Assembly: GCA_964016885.1 (NCBI GenBank)
Contig: OZ024745.1
Span: forward strand, 5,580,001-5,644,000
DNA: 64,000 nt
Direction of reading: 5' to 3'
Source: Eledone cirrhosa
Lineage: Eukaryota
This document shows, one piece after another, positions 14,431 to 31,000 of the stretch (positions within the stretch are counted from its first letter, which is position 1; each line of letters opens with the position of its first letter). The notes below the pieces were generated by a model. The model ran no database searches. It worked only from the letters and a program-made list of their open reading frames with translations, and was not told the origin of the DNA. Made by a program: the position numbers and the translations under genes.

Positions 14431-17129
14431 GTCGTTATAAACTATGACAACATTTGGTCGTTATAAACTATGACAATATACATTAGGTCGTTATAAACTA
14501 TGACAACATTTGGCCGTTATAAACTATGACAAAGTACATTTGGTGGTTATAAACTATGGCAACATTTGGTCGTTATAAACTATGACAACATTTGACCGTT
14601 ATAAACTATGACAACATTTGGTCGTTATAAACTATGACCACATACATTTGGTCGTTATAAACTATAAAAACATTTGGTCGTTATAAACTATGACAACATT
14701 TGGTCGTTATAAACTATGGCAACATTCGGTCGTTATAAACTATGACAACATACATTTGGTCGTTATAAACTATGGCAACATACATTTGGTCGTTATAAAC
14801 TATGACAACATTTGGTCGTTATAAACTATGACAACATACATTTGGTCGTTATAAACTATGACAACATACATTTGGTCGTTATAAACTATGACAACATACA
14901 TTTGGTCGTTATAAACTATGGCAACATACATTTGGTGTTATAAACTATGACAACATTTGGCCGCTATAAACTATGACAACATACATTTGGTCGTTATAAA
15001 CTATGACAACATACATTTGGTCGTTATAAACTATGACAACATACATTTGGACGTTATAAACTATGACAACATTTGGTCGTTATAAACTATGACAACATAC
15101 ATTTAGTCGTTATAAACTATGACATCATACATTTGAACGTTATAAACTATGACAACATACATTAGTTCGTTATAAACTATGACAACATTTGGTCGTTATA
15201 AACTATGACAACATAGATTAGTTCGTTATAAACTATGACAACATTTGGTCGTTATAAACTATGACAACATTTGGTCGTTATAAACTATGTCAACATTTGG
15301 TCGTTATAAACTATGACAACATACATTTGGTCGTTATAAACTATGACAACATTTGGCCGTTATAAACTATGACAACATTTGGTCGTTATAAACTATGACA
15401 ACTTTTGGTCGTTATGAACTATGACAACATACATTTGGTCGTTATAAACTATGACAACATACAGTTGGTCGTTATAAACTATAACAAAATTTGGTCGTTA
15501 TAAACTATGACAACATTTGGTCGTTATAAACTATGACAACATTTGGTCGTTATAAACTATGACAACATACATTTGGTCGTTATAAACTATGACAACATTT
15601 GGTGGGTATAAACTATGACAACATACATTTGGACGTTATAAACTATGACAACTTTTGGTCGTTATAAACTATGACAACATACATTTCGTCGTTATAAACT
15701 ATGGCAACATTTGGTCGTTATAAACTATGACAACATTTGGTCGTTATGAACTATGACAACATACATTTGGTCGTTATAAATTATGACAACATTTGGTCGT
15801 TATAAACTATGAGAACAAACATTTGGTCGTTATAAACTATGACAACATACATTTGGTCGTTATAAACTATAACAACATTTGGTCGTTAGAAACTATGACA
15901 ACATACATTTGGTCGATATGAACTATGGCAACATTTGGTCGTTATAAACTATGACAACATTTGGTCGTTATAAACTATGGCAACACTTGGTCGTTATAAA
16001 CTATGATAACATACATTTGGTTGTTATAAACTATGGCAACATTTGGTCGTTATAAACTATGACAACATTTGGTCGTTATAAACTATGGCAACACTTGGTC
16101 GTTATAAACTATGGCAACATACATTTGGTCGTTATAAACTATGACAACATACATTAGGTCGTTAAAAACTATGACAACATTTGGTCGTTATAAACTAAGA
16201 CAACATTTGGTCGTTATAAACTATGACAACATACATTTTGTCGTTATAAACTATGGCAACATACATTTGGTCGTTATAAACTATGACAACATTTGGTCGT
16301 TATAAACAATCACTACATACATTTGGTCGTTATAAACTATGACAACCTTTGGTCGTTATAAACTATGGCAACACTTGGTCGTTATAAACTATGACAACAT
16401 ATATTTGATCGTTATAAACAATGACAACATTTGGTCGTTATAAACAATGACAACATTTGATCGTTATAAACTATGACAACATTTGGTCGTAATAAACTAT
16501 GGCAAGACTTGGTCGTTATAAACTATGACAACCTACATTTCGTCGTTATAAACTATGACAACATTTGGTCGTTATAAACTATGACAACATACATTTAGTC
16601 GTTATAAACTATGACAACATTTGGTCGTTATAAACTATGACAACATTTGGTCGTTATGAACTATGACAACATACATTTGGTCGTTATAAATTATGACAAT
16701 ATTTGGTCGTTATAAACTATGAGAACAAACATTTGGTCGTTATAAACTATGACAACATACATTTGGTCGTTATAAACTATAACAACATTTGGTCGTTATA
16801 AACTATGACAACATACATTTGGTCGATATAAACTATGGCAACATTTGGTCGTTATAAACTATGACAACATTTGGTCGTTATAAACTATGGCAACACTTGG
16901 TCGTTATAAACTATGACAACATACATTTGGTCGTTATAAACTATGGCAACATTTGGTCGTTATAAACTATGACAACATTTGGTCGTTATAAACTATAGCA
17001 ACACTTGGTCGTTATAAACTATGGCAACATACATTTGGGCGTTATAAACTATGACAACATACATTAGGTCGTTAAAAACTATGACAACATTTGGGCGTTA
17101 TAAACTATGACAACATTTGGTCGTTATAA

Positions 17130-18900
17130 ACTATGACAACATACATTTTGTCGTTATAAACTATGGCAACATACATTTGGTCGTTATAAACTATGACAAT
17201 ATTTGGTCGTTATAAACTATGACAACATTTGGTCGTTATAAACAATCACTACATACATTTGGTCGTTATAAACTATGACAACCTTTGGTCGTTATAAACT
17301 ATGGCAACACTTGGTCGTTATAAACTATGACAACATACATTTGATCGTTATAAACAATGACAACATTTGGTCGTTATAAACAATGACAACATTTGATCGT
17401 TATAAACTATGACAACATTTGGTCGTAATAAACTATGGCAACACTTGGTCGTTATAAACTATGACAACCTACATTTCGTCGTTATAAACTATGACAACAT
17501 TTGGTCGTTATAAACTATGACAACATACATTTAGTCGTTATAAACTATGACAACATTTGGTCGTTATAAACTATGACAACATACATTTAGTCGTTATAAA
17601 CTATGACAACATTTGGTCGTTATAAACTACGACAACATACATTTGGTCATTATAAACTATGAGAACATTTGGTCGTTATAAACAATGGCAACACTTGGTC
17701 GTTATAAACTATGACAACATACATTTGGTCGTTATAAACTATGACAACATTTGGTCGTTATAAACAATGACAACATACATTTGGTCGTTATAAACTATGA
17801 CAACATTTGGTCGTTATAAACTATGACAACATACATTTGGTCGTTATAAACTATGACAACATTTGGTCGTTATAAACTATGACAGCATTTGGTCGTTATA
17901 AACTATGACAACATACATTTGGTCGTTATAAACTATGACAACATACATTTGGTCGTTATAAACAATGACAACATTTGGTCGTTATAAACTATGACAACGT
18001 TTGATCGTTATAAACTATGACAACATACATTTTGTCGTTATAAACTATGGCAACATACATTTGGTCGTTATAAACTATGACAATATTTGGTCGTTATAAA
18101 CTATGACAACATTTGGTCGTTATAAACAATCACTACATACATTTGGTCGTTATAAACTATGACAACCTTTGGTCGTTATAAACTATGGCAACACTTGGTC
18201 GTTATAAACTATGACAACATACATTTGATCGTTATAAACAATGACAACATTTGGTCGTTATAAACAATGACAACATTTGATCGTTATAAACTATGACAAC
18301 ATTTGGTCGTAATAAACTATGGCAACACTTGGTCGTTATAAACTATGACAACCTACATTTCGTCGTTATAAACTATGACAACATTTGGTCGTTATAAACT
18401 ATGACAACATACATTTAGTCGTTATAAACTATGACAACATTTGGTCGTTATAAACTATGACAACATACATTTAGTCGTTATAAACTATGACAACATTTGG
18501 TCGTTATAAACTACGACAACATACATTTGGTCATTATAAACTATGAGAACATTTGGTCGTTATAAACAATGGCAACACTTGGTCGTTATAAACTATGACA
18601 ACATACATTTGGTCGTTATAAACTATGACAACATTTGGTCGTTATAAACAATGACAACATACATTTGGTCGTTATAAACTATGACAACATTTGGTCGTTA
18701 TAAACTATGACAACATACATTTGGTCGTTATAAACTATGACAACATTTGGTCGTTATAAACTATGACAGCATTTGGTCGTTATAAACTATGACAACATAC
18801 ATTTGGTCGTTATAAACTATGACAACATACATTTGGTCGTTATAAACAATGACAACATTTGGTCGTTATAAACTATGACAACGTTTGATCGTTATAAACT
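17130..18900. repeat. 884-bp tandem duplication
   Basis: CACTAC at 17247/18131 and CTACGAC at 17627/18511 (offset 884). The paralogous region at 46-47 kb has a single copy. Confidence 0.85.
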
Positions 18901-19056
18901 ATGACAACATACATTAGGTCGTTATAAACTATGGCAACACTTGGTCGTTATAAACTATGACAATATACATTAGGTCGTTATAAACTATGACAACATTTGG
19001 TCGTTATAAACTATGACAACATACATTTGGTCGTTATAAACTGGCAACATTTGGTT

Positions 19057-22000
19057 GTTATAAACTATGACAACATACATTTGGTCGTTATAAACAATGA
19101 CAACATTTGGTCGTTATAAACAATGACAACATTTGATCGTTATAAACTATGAGAACATATGGTCGTTATAAACTATGACAACATTTGATCGTTATAAACT
19201 ATGACAACATTTGGTCGTTATAAACTATGGCAACACTTGGTCGTTATAAACTATGATAACATACATTTGGTTGTTATAAACTATGGCAACATTTGGTCGT
19301 TATAAACTATGACAACATTTGGTCGTTATAAACTATGGCAACACTTGGTCGTTATAAACTATGGCAACATACATTTGGTCGTTATAAACTATGACAACAT
19401 ACATTAGGTCGTTAAAAACTATGACAACATTTGGTCGTTATAAACTAAGACAACATTTGGTCGTTATAAACTATGACAACATACATTTTGTCGTTATAAA
19501 CTATGGCAACATACATTTGGTCGTTATAAACTATGACAACATTTGGTCGTTATAAACAATCACTACATACATTTGGTCGTTATAAACTATGACAACCTTT
19601 GGTCGTTATAAACTATGGCAACACTTGGTCGTTATAAACTATGACAACATATATTTGATCGTTATAAACAATGACAACATTTGGTCGTTATAAACAATGA
19701 CAACATTTGATCGTTATAAACTATGACAACATTTGGTCGTAATAAACTATGGCAAGACTTGGTCGTTATAAACTATGACAACCTACATTTCGTCGTTATA
19801 AACTATGACAACATTTGGTCGTTATGAACTATGACAACATACATTTGGTCGTTATAAATTATGACAATATTTGGTCGTTATAAACTATGAGAACAAACAT
19901 TTGGTCGTTATAAACTATGACAACATACATTTGGTCGTTATAAACTATAACAACATTTGGTCGTTATAAACTATGACAACATACATTTGGTCGATATAAA
20001 CTATGGCAACATTTGGTCGTTATAAACTATGACAACATTTGGTCGTTATAAACTATAGCAACACTTGGTCGTTATAAACTATGACAACATACATTTGGTC
20101 GTTATAAACTATGGCAACATTTGGTCGTTATAAACTATGACAACATTTGGTCGTTATAAACTATAGCAACACTTGGTCGTTATAAACTATGGCAACATAC
20201 ATTTGGGCGTTATAAACTATGACAACATACATTAGGTCGTTAAAAACTATGACAACATTTGGTCGTTATAAACTATGACAACATTTGGTCGTTATAAACT
20301 ATGACAACATACATTTTGTCGTTATAAACTATGGCAACATACATTTGGTCGTTATAAACTATGACAATATTTGGTCGTTATAAACTATGACAACATTTGG
20401 TCGTTATAAACAATCACTACATACATTTGGTCGTTATAAACTATGACAACCTTTGGTCGTTATAAACTATGGCAACACTTGGTCGTTATAAACTATGACA
20501 ACATACATTTGATCGTTATAAACAATGACAACATTTGGTCGTTATAAACAATGACAACATTTGATCGTTATAAACTATGACAACATTTGGTCGTAATAAA
20601 CTATGGCAACACTTGGTCGTTATAAACTATGACAACCTACATTTCGTCGTTATAAACTATGACAACATTTGGTCGTTATAAACTATGACAACATACATTT
20701 AGTCGTTATAAACTATGACAACATTTGGTCGTTATAAACTATGACAACATACATTTAGTCGTTATAAACTATGACAACATTTGGTCGTTATAAACTACGA
20801 CAACATACATTTGGTCATTATAAACTATGAGAACATTTGGTCGTTATAAACAATGGCAACACTTGGTCGTTATAAACTATGACAACATACATTTGGTCGT
20901 TATAAACTATGACAACATTTGGTCGTTATAAACAATGACAACATACATTTGGTCGTTATAAACTATGACAACATTTGGTCGTTATAAACTATGACAACAT
21001 ACATTTGGTCGTTATAAACTATGACAACATTTGGTCGTTATAAACTATGACAGCATTTGGTCGTTATAAACTATGACAACATACATTTGGTCGTTATAAA
21101 CTATGACAACATACATTTGGTCGTTATAAACAATGACAACATTTGGTCGTTATAAACTATGACAACGTTTGATCGTTATAAACTATGACAACATACATTA
21201 GGTCGTTATAAACTATGGCAACACTTGGTCGTTATAAACTATGACAATATACATTAGGTCGTTATAAACTATGACAACATTTGGTCGTTATAAACTATGA
21301 CAACATACATTTGGTCGTTATAAACTGGCAACATTTGGTTGTTATAAACTATGACAACATACATTTTGTCGTTATAAACAATGACAACATTTGGTCGTTA
21401 TAAACAATGACAACATTTGATCGTTATAAACTATGAGAACATATGGTCGTTATAAACTATGACAACATTTGATCGTTATAAACTATGAGAACATTTGGTC
21501 GTTATAAACAATGACTTCATTTGATCGTTATAAACTATGAGAACATTTGGTCGTTATAAACTATGACAACATTTGATCGTTATAAACTATGAGAACATTT
21601 GGTCGTTATAAACAATGACAACATTTGATCGTTATAAACTATGACAACATACATTTGGTCGTAATAAACTATGACAACAGTTGATTGTTATAAACTATGA
21701 CAACATTTGGCCGTTATAAACTATGACAAAGTACATTTGGTGGTTATAAACTATGGCAACATTTGGTCGTTATAAACTATGACAACATTTGACCGTTATA
21801 AACTATGACAACATTTGGTCGTTATAAACTATGACCACATACATTTGGTCGTTATAAACTATAAAAACATTTGGTCGTTATAAACTATGACAACATTTGG
21901 TCGTTATAAACTATGGCAACATTCGGTCGTTATAAACTATGACAACATACATTTGGTCGTTATAAACTATGGCAACATACATTTGGTCGTTATAAACTAT

Positions 22001-25000
22001 GACAACATTTGGTCGTTATAAACTATGACAACATACATTTGGTCGTTATAAACTATGACAACATACATTTGGTCGTTATAAACTATGACAACATACATTT
22101 GGTCGTTATAAACTATGGCAACATACATTTGGTCGTTATAAACTATGACAACATTTGGCCGTTATAAACTATGACAACATACATTTGGTCGTTATAAACT
22201 ATGACAACATACATTTGGTCGTTATAAACTATGACAACATACATTTGGACGTTATAAACTATGACAACATTTGGTCGTTATAAACTATGACAACATACAT
22301 TTGGTCGTTATAAACTATGACATCATACATTTGAACGTTATAAACTATGACAACATACATTAGTTCGTTATAAACTATGACAACATTTGGTCGTTATAAA
22401 CTATGACAACATAGATTTGTTCGTTATAAACTATGACAACATTTGGTCGTTATAAACTATGACAACATTTGGTCGTTATAAACTATGACAACATTTGGTC
22501 GTTATAAACTATGACAACATACATTTGGTCGTTATAAACTATGACAACATTTGGCCGTTATAAACTATGACAACATTTGGTCGTTATAAACTATGACAAC
22601 TTTTGGTCGTTATGAACTATGACAACATACATTTGGTCGTTATAAACTATGACAACATACAGTTGGTCGTTATAAACTATAACAACATTTGGTCGTTATA
22701 AACTATGACAACATTTGGTCGTTATAAACTATGACAACATACATTTCGTCGTTATAAACTATGGCAACATTTGGTCGTTATAAACTATGACAACATTTGG
22801 TCGTTATGAACTATGACAACATACATTTGGTCGTTATAAATTATGACAACATTTGGTCGTTATAAACTATGAGAACAAACATTTGGTCGTTATAAACTAT
22901 GACAACATACATTTGGTCGTTATAAACTATAACAACATTTGGTCGTTATAAACTATGACAACATACATTTGGTCGATATAAACTATGGCAACATTTGGTC
23001 GTTATAAACTATGACAACATTTGGTCGTTATAAACTATGGCAACACTTGGTCGTTATAAACTATGACAACATACATTTGGTCGTTATAAACTATGGCAAC
23101 ATTTGGTCGTTATAAACTATGACAACATTTGGTCGTTATAAACTATGGCAACACTTGGTCGTTATAAACTATGGCAACATACATTTGGTGGTTATAAACT
23201 ATGACAACATACATTAGGTCGTTAAAAACTATGACAACATTTGGTCGTTATAAACTATGACAACATTTGGTCGTTATAAACTATGACAACATACATTTTG
23301 TCGTTATAAACTATGGCAACATACATTTGGTCGTTATAAACTATGACAACATTTGGTCGTTATAAACTATGACAACATTTGGTCGTTATAAACTATCACT
23401 ACATACATTTGGTCGTTATAAACTATGACAACATACATTTGATCGTTATAAACAATGACAACATTTGGTCGTTATAAACAATGACAACATTTGATCGTTA
23501 TAAACTATGACAACATTTGGTCGTAATAAACTATGGCAACACTTGGTCGTTATAAACTATGACAACCTACATTTCGTCGTTATAAACTATGACAACATTT
23601 GGTCGTTATAAACTAGGACAACATACATTTAGTCGTTATAAACTATGACAACATTTGGTCGTTATAAACTATGACAACATACATTTAGTCGTTATAAACT
23701 ATGACAACATTTGGTCGTTATAAACTACGACGACATACATTTGGTCATTATAAACTATGAGAACATTTGGTCGTTATAAACTATGGCAACACTTGGTCGT
23801 TATAAACTAGGACAACATACATTTGGTCGTTATAAACTATGACAACATTTGGTCGTTATAAACAATGACAACATACATTTGGTCGTTATAAACTATGACA
23901 ACATTTGGTCGTTATAAACTATGACAACATTTGGTCGTTATAAACTATGACAGCATTTGGTCGTTATAAACTATGACAACATACATTTGGTCGTTATAAA
24001 CTATGACAACATACATTTGGTCGTTATAAACAATGACAAGGTTTGGTCGTTATGAACTATGACAACGTTTGATCGTTATAAACTATGACAACATACATTA
24101 GGTCGTTATAAACTATGGCAACACTTGGTCGTTATAAACTATGACAATATAAATTAGGTCGTTAAAAACTATGACAACATTTGGTCGTTAAAAACTATGA
24201 CAACATACATTTGGTCGTTATAAACTGGCAACATTTGGTTGTTATAAACTATGACAACATACATTTGGTCGTTATAAACAATGATAACATTTGGTCGTTA
24301 TAAACAATGACAACATTTGATCGTTATAAACTATGAGAACATTTGGTCGTTATAAACTATGACAACATTTGATCGTTATAAACTATGACAACATTTGGTC
24401 GTTATAAACTATGGCAACACTTGGTCGTTATAAACTATGGCAACATACATTTGGTCGTTATAAACTATGACAACATACATTAGGTCGTTAAAAACTATGA
24501 CAACATTTGGTCGTTATAAACTATGACAACATTTGGTCGTTATAAACTATGACAACATACATTTTGTCGTTATAAACTATGACAACATTTGGTCGTTATA
24601 AACTATCACTACATACATTTGGTCGTTATAAACTATGACAACATACATTTGATCGTTATAAATAATGACAACATTTGGTCGTTATAAACAATGACAACAT
24701 TTGATCGTTATAAACTATGACAACATTTGGTCGTAATAAACTATGGCAACACTTGGTCGTTATAAACTATGACAACCTACATTTCGTCGTTATAAACTAT
24801 GACAACATTTGGTCGTTATAAACTATGACAACATACATTTAGTCGTTATAAACTATGACAACATTTGGTCGTTATAAACTATGACAACATACATTTAGTC
24901 GTTATAAACTATGACAACATTTGGTCGTTATAAACTACGACGACATACATTTGGTCATTATAAACTATGAGAACATTTGGTCGTTATAAACTATGGCAAC

Positions 25001-28000
25001 ACTTGGTCGTTATAAACTATGACAACATACATTTGGTCGTTATAAACTATGACAACATTTGGTCGTTATAAACAATGACAACATACATTTGGTCGTTATA
25101 AACTATGACAACATTTGGTCGTTATAAACTATGACAACATACATTTGGTCGTTATAAACTATGACAACATTTGGTCGTTATAAACTATGACAGCATTTGG
25201 TCGTTATAAACTATGACAACATACATTTGGTCGTTATAAACAATGACAACATTTGGTCGTTATAAACAATGACAACATTTGATCGTTATAAACTATGAGA
25301 ACATATGGTCGTTATAAACTATGACAACATTTGATCGTTATAAACTATGACAACATTTGGTCGTTATAAACTATGGCAACACTTGGTCGTTATAAACTAT
25401 GATAACATACATTTGGTTGTTATAAACTATGGCAACATTTGGTCGTTATAAACTATGACAACATTTGGTCGTTATAAACTATGGCAACACTTGGTCGTTA
25501 TAAACTATGGCAACATACATTTGGTCGTTATAAACTATGACAACATACATTAGGTCGTTAAAAACTATGACAACATTTGGTCGTTATAAACTAAGACAAC
25601 ATTTGGTCGTTATAAACTATGACAACATACATTTTGTCGTTATAAACTATGGCAACATACATTTGGTCGTTATAAACTATGACAACATTTGGTCGTTATA
25701 AACAATCACTACATACATTTGGTCGTTATAAACTATGACAACCTTTGGTCGTTATAAACTATGGCAACACTTGGTCGTTATAAACTATGACAACATATAT
25801 TTGATCGTTATAAACAATGACAACATTTGGTCGTTATAAACAATGACAACATTTGATCGTTATAAACTATGACAACATTTGGTCGTAATAAACTATGGCA
25901 AGACTTGGTCGTTATAAACTATGACAACCTACATTTCGTCGTTATAAACTATGACAACATTTGGTCGTTATGAACTATGACAACATACATTTGGTCGTTA
26001 TAAATTATGACAATATTTGGTCGTTATAAACTATGAGAACAAACATTTGGTCGTTATAAACTATGACAACATACATTTGGTCGTTATAAACTATAACAAC
26101 ATTTGGTCGTTATAAACTATGACAACATACATTTGGTCGATATAAACTATGGCAACATTTGGTCGTTATAAACTATGACAACATTTGGTCGTTATAAACT
26201 ATAGCAACACTTGGTCGTTATAAACTATGACAACATACATTTGGTCGTTATAAACTATGGCAACATTTGGTCGTTATAAACTATGACAACATTTGGTCGT
26301 TATAAACTATAGCAACACTTGGTCGTTATAAACTATGGCAACATACATTTGGGCGTTATAAACTATGACAACATACATTAGGTCGTTAAAAACTATGACA
26401 ACATTTGGTCGTTATAAACTATGACAACATTTGGTCGTTATAAACTATGACAACATACATTTTGTCGTTATAAACTATGGCAACATACATTTGGTCGTTA
26501 TAAACTATGACAATATTTGGTCGTTATAAACTATGACAACATTTGGTCGTTATAAACAATCACTACATACATTTGGTCGTTATAAACTATGACAACCTTT
26601 GGTCGTTATAAACTATGGCAACACTTGGTCGTTATAAACTATGACAACATACATTTGATCGTTATAAACAATGACAACATTTGGTCGTTATAAACAATGA
26701 CAACATTTGATCGTTATAAACTATGACAACATTTGGTCGTAATAAACTATGGCAACACTTGGTCGTTATAAACTATGACAACCTACATTTCGTCGTTATA
26801 AACTATGACAACATTTGGTCGTTATAAACTATGACAACATACATTTAGTCGTTATAAACTATGACAACATTTGGTCGTTATAAACTATGACAACATACAT
26901 TTAGTCGTTATAAACTATGACAACATTTGGTCGTTATAAACTACGACAACATACATTTGGTCATTATAAACTATGAGAACATTTGGTCGTTATAAACAAT
27001 GGCAACACTTGGTCGTTATAAACTATGACAACATACATTTGGTCGTTATAAACTATGACAACATTTGGTCGTTATAAACAATGACAACATACATTTGGTC
27101 GTTATAAACTATGACAGCATTTGGTCGTTATAAACTATGACAACATACATTTGGTCGTTATAAACTATGACAACATACATTTGGTCGTTATAAACAATGA
27201 CAACATTTGGTCGTTATAAACTATGACAACGTTTGATCGTTATAAACTATGACAACATACATTAGGTCGTTATAAACTATGGCAACACTTGGTCGTTATA
27301 AACTATGACAATATACATTAGGTCGTTATAAACTATGACAACATTTGGTCGTTATAAACTATGACAACATACATTTGGTCGTTATAAACTGGCAACATTT
27401 GGTTGTTATAAACTATGACAACATACATTTTGTCGTTATAAACAATGACAACATTTGGTCGTTATAAACAATGACAACATTTGATCGTTATAAACTATGA
27501 GAACATATGGTCGTTATAAACTATGACAACATTTGATCGTTATAAACTATGAGAACATTTGGTCGTTATAAACAATGACTTCATTTGATCGTTATAAACT
27601 ATGAGAACATTTGGTCGTTATAAACTATGACAACATTTGATCGTTATAAACTATGAGAACATTTGGTCGTTATAAACAATGACAACATTTGATCGTTATA
27701 AACTATGACAACATACATTTGGTCGTAATAAACTATGACAACAGTTGATTGTTATAAACTATGACAACATTTGGCCGTTATAAACTATGACAAAGTACAT
27801 TTGGTGGTTATAAACTATGGCAACATTTGGTCGTTATAAACTATGACAACATTTGACCGTTATAAACTATGACAACATTTGGTCGTTATAAACTATGACC
27901 ACATACATTTGGTCGTTATAAACTATAAAAACATTTGGTCGTTATAAACTATGACAACATTTGGTCGTTATAAACTATGGCAACATTCGGTCGTTATAAA

Positions 28001-31000
28001 CTATGACAACATACATTTGGTCGTTATAAACTATGGCAACATACATTTGGTCGTTATAAACTATGACAACATTTGGTCGTTATAAACTATGACAACATAC
28101 ATTTGGTCGTTATAAACTATGACAACATACATTTGGTCGTTATAAACTATGACAACATACATTTGGTCGTTATAAACTATGGCAACATACATTTGGTCGT
28201 TATAAACTATGACAACATTTGGCCGTTATAAACTATGACAACATACATTTGGTCGTTATAAACTATGACAACATACATTTGGTCGTTATAAACTATGACA
28301 ACATACATTTGGACGTTATAAACTATGACAACATTTGGTCGTTATAAACTATGACAACATACATTTGGTCGTTATAAACTATGACATCATACATTTGAAC
28401 GTTATAAACTATGACAACATACATTAGTTCGTTATAAACTATGACAACATTTGGTCGTTATAAACTATGACAACATAGATTTGTTCGTTATAAACTATGA
28501 CAACATTTGGTCGTTATAAACTATGACAACATTTGGTCGTTATAAACTATGACAACATTTGGTCGTTATAAACTATGACAACATACATTTGGTCGTTATA
28601 AACTATGACAACATTTGGCCGTTATAAACTATGACAACATTTGGTCGTTATAAACTATGACAACTTTTGGTCGTTATGAACTATGACAACATACATTTGG
28701 TCGTTATAAACTATGACAACATACAGTTGGTCGTTATAAACTATAACAACATTTGGTCGTTATAAACTATGACAACATTTGGTCGTTATAAACTATGACA
28801 ACATACATTTCGTCGTTATAAACTATGGCAACATTTGGTCGTTATAAACTATGACAACATTTGGTCGTTATGAACTATGACAACATACATTTGGTCGTTA
28901 TAAATTATGACAACATTTGGTCGTTATAAACTATGAGAACAAACATTTGGTCGTTATAAACTATGACAACATACATTTGGTCGTTATAAACTATAACAAC
29001 ATTTGGTCGTTATAAACTATGACAACATACATTTGGTCGATATAAACTATGGCAACATTTGGTCGTTATAAACTATGACAACATTTGGTCGTTATAAACT
29101 ATGGCAACACTTGGTCGTTATAAACTATGACAACATACATTTGGTCGTTATAAACTATGGCAACATTTGGTCGTTATAAACTATGACAACATTTGGTCGT
29201 TATAAACTATGGCAACACTTGGTCGTTATAAACTATGGCAACATACATTTGGTGGTTATAAACTATGACAACATACATTAGGTCGTTAAAAACTATGACA
29301 ACATTTGGTCGTTATAAACTATGACAACATTTGGTCGTTATAAACTATGACAACATACATTTTGTCGTTATAAACTATGGCAACATACATTTGGTCGTTA
29401 TAAACTATGACAACATTTGGTCGTTATAAACTATGACAACATTTGGTCGTTATAAACTATCACTACATACATTTGGTCGTTATAAACTATGACAACATAC
29501 ATTTGATCGTTATAAACAATGACAACATTTGGTCGTTATAAACAATGACAACATTTGATCGTTATAAACTATGACAACATTTGGTCGTAATAAACTATGG
29601 CAACACTTGGTCGTTATAAACTATGACAACCTACATTTCGTCGTTATAAACTATGACAACATTTGGTCGTTATAAACTAGGACAACATACATTTAGTCGT
29701 TATAAACTATGACAACATTTGGTCGTTATAAACTATGACAACATACATTTAGTCGTTATAAACTATGACAACATTTGGTCGTTATAAACTACGACGACAT
29801 ACATTTGGTCATTATAAACTATGAGAACATTTGGTCGTTATAAACTATGGCAACACTTGGTCGTTATAAACTAGGACAACATACATTTGGTCGTTATAAA
29901 CTATGACAACATTTGGTCGTTATAAACAATGACAACATACATTTGGTCGTTATAAACTATGACAACATTTGGTCGTTATAAACTATGACAACATTTGGTC
30001 GTTATAAACTATGACAGCATTTGGTCGTTATAAACTATGACAACATACATTTGGTCGTTATAAACTATGACAACATACATTTGGTCGTTATAAACAATGA
30101 CAAGGTTTGGTCGTTATGAACTATGACAACGTTTGATCGTTATAAACTATGACAACATACATTAGGTCGTTATAAACTATGGCAACACTTGGTCGTTATA
30201 AACTATGACAATATAAATTAGGTCGTTAAAAACTATGACAACATTTGGTCGTTAAAAACTATGACAACATACATTTGGTCGTTATAAACTGGCAACATTT
30301 GGTTGTTATAAACTATGACAACATACATTTGGTCGTTATAAACAATGATAACATTTGGTCGTTATAAACAATGACAACATTTGATCGTTATAAACTATGA
30401 GAACATTTGGTCGTTATAAACTATGACAACATTTGATCGTTATAAACTATGACAACATTTGGTCGTTATAAACTATGGCAACACTTGGTCGTTATAAACT
30501 ATGGCAACATACATTTGGTCGTTATAAACTATGACAACATACATTAGGTCGTTAAAAACTATGACAACATTTGGTCGTTATAAACTATGACAACATTTGG
30601 TCGTTATAAACTATGACAACATACATTTTGTCGTTATAAACTATGACAACATTTGGTCGTTATAAACTATCACTACATACATTTGGTCGTTATAAACTAT
30701 GACAACATACATTTGATCGTTATAAATAATGACAACATTTGGTCGTTATAAACAATGACAACATTTGATCGTTATAAACTATGACAACATTTGGTCGTAA
30801 TAAACTATGGCAACACTTGGTCGTTATAAACTATGACAACCTACATTTCGTCGTTATAAACTATGACAACATTTGGTCGTTATAAACTATGACAACATAC
30901 ATTTAGTCGTTATAAACTATGACAACATTTGGTCGTTATAAACTATGACAACATACATTTAGTCGTTATAAACTATGACAACATTTGGTCGTTATAAACT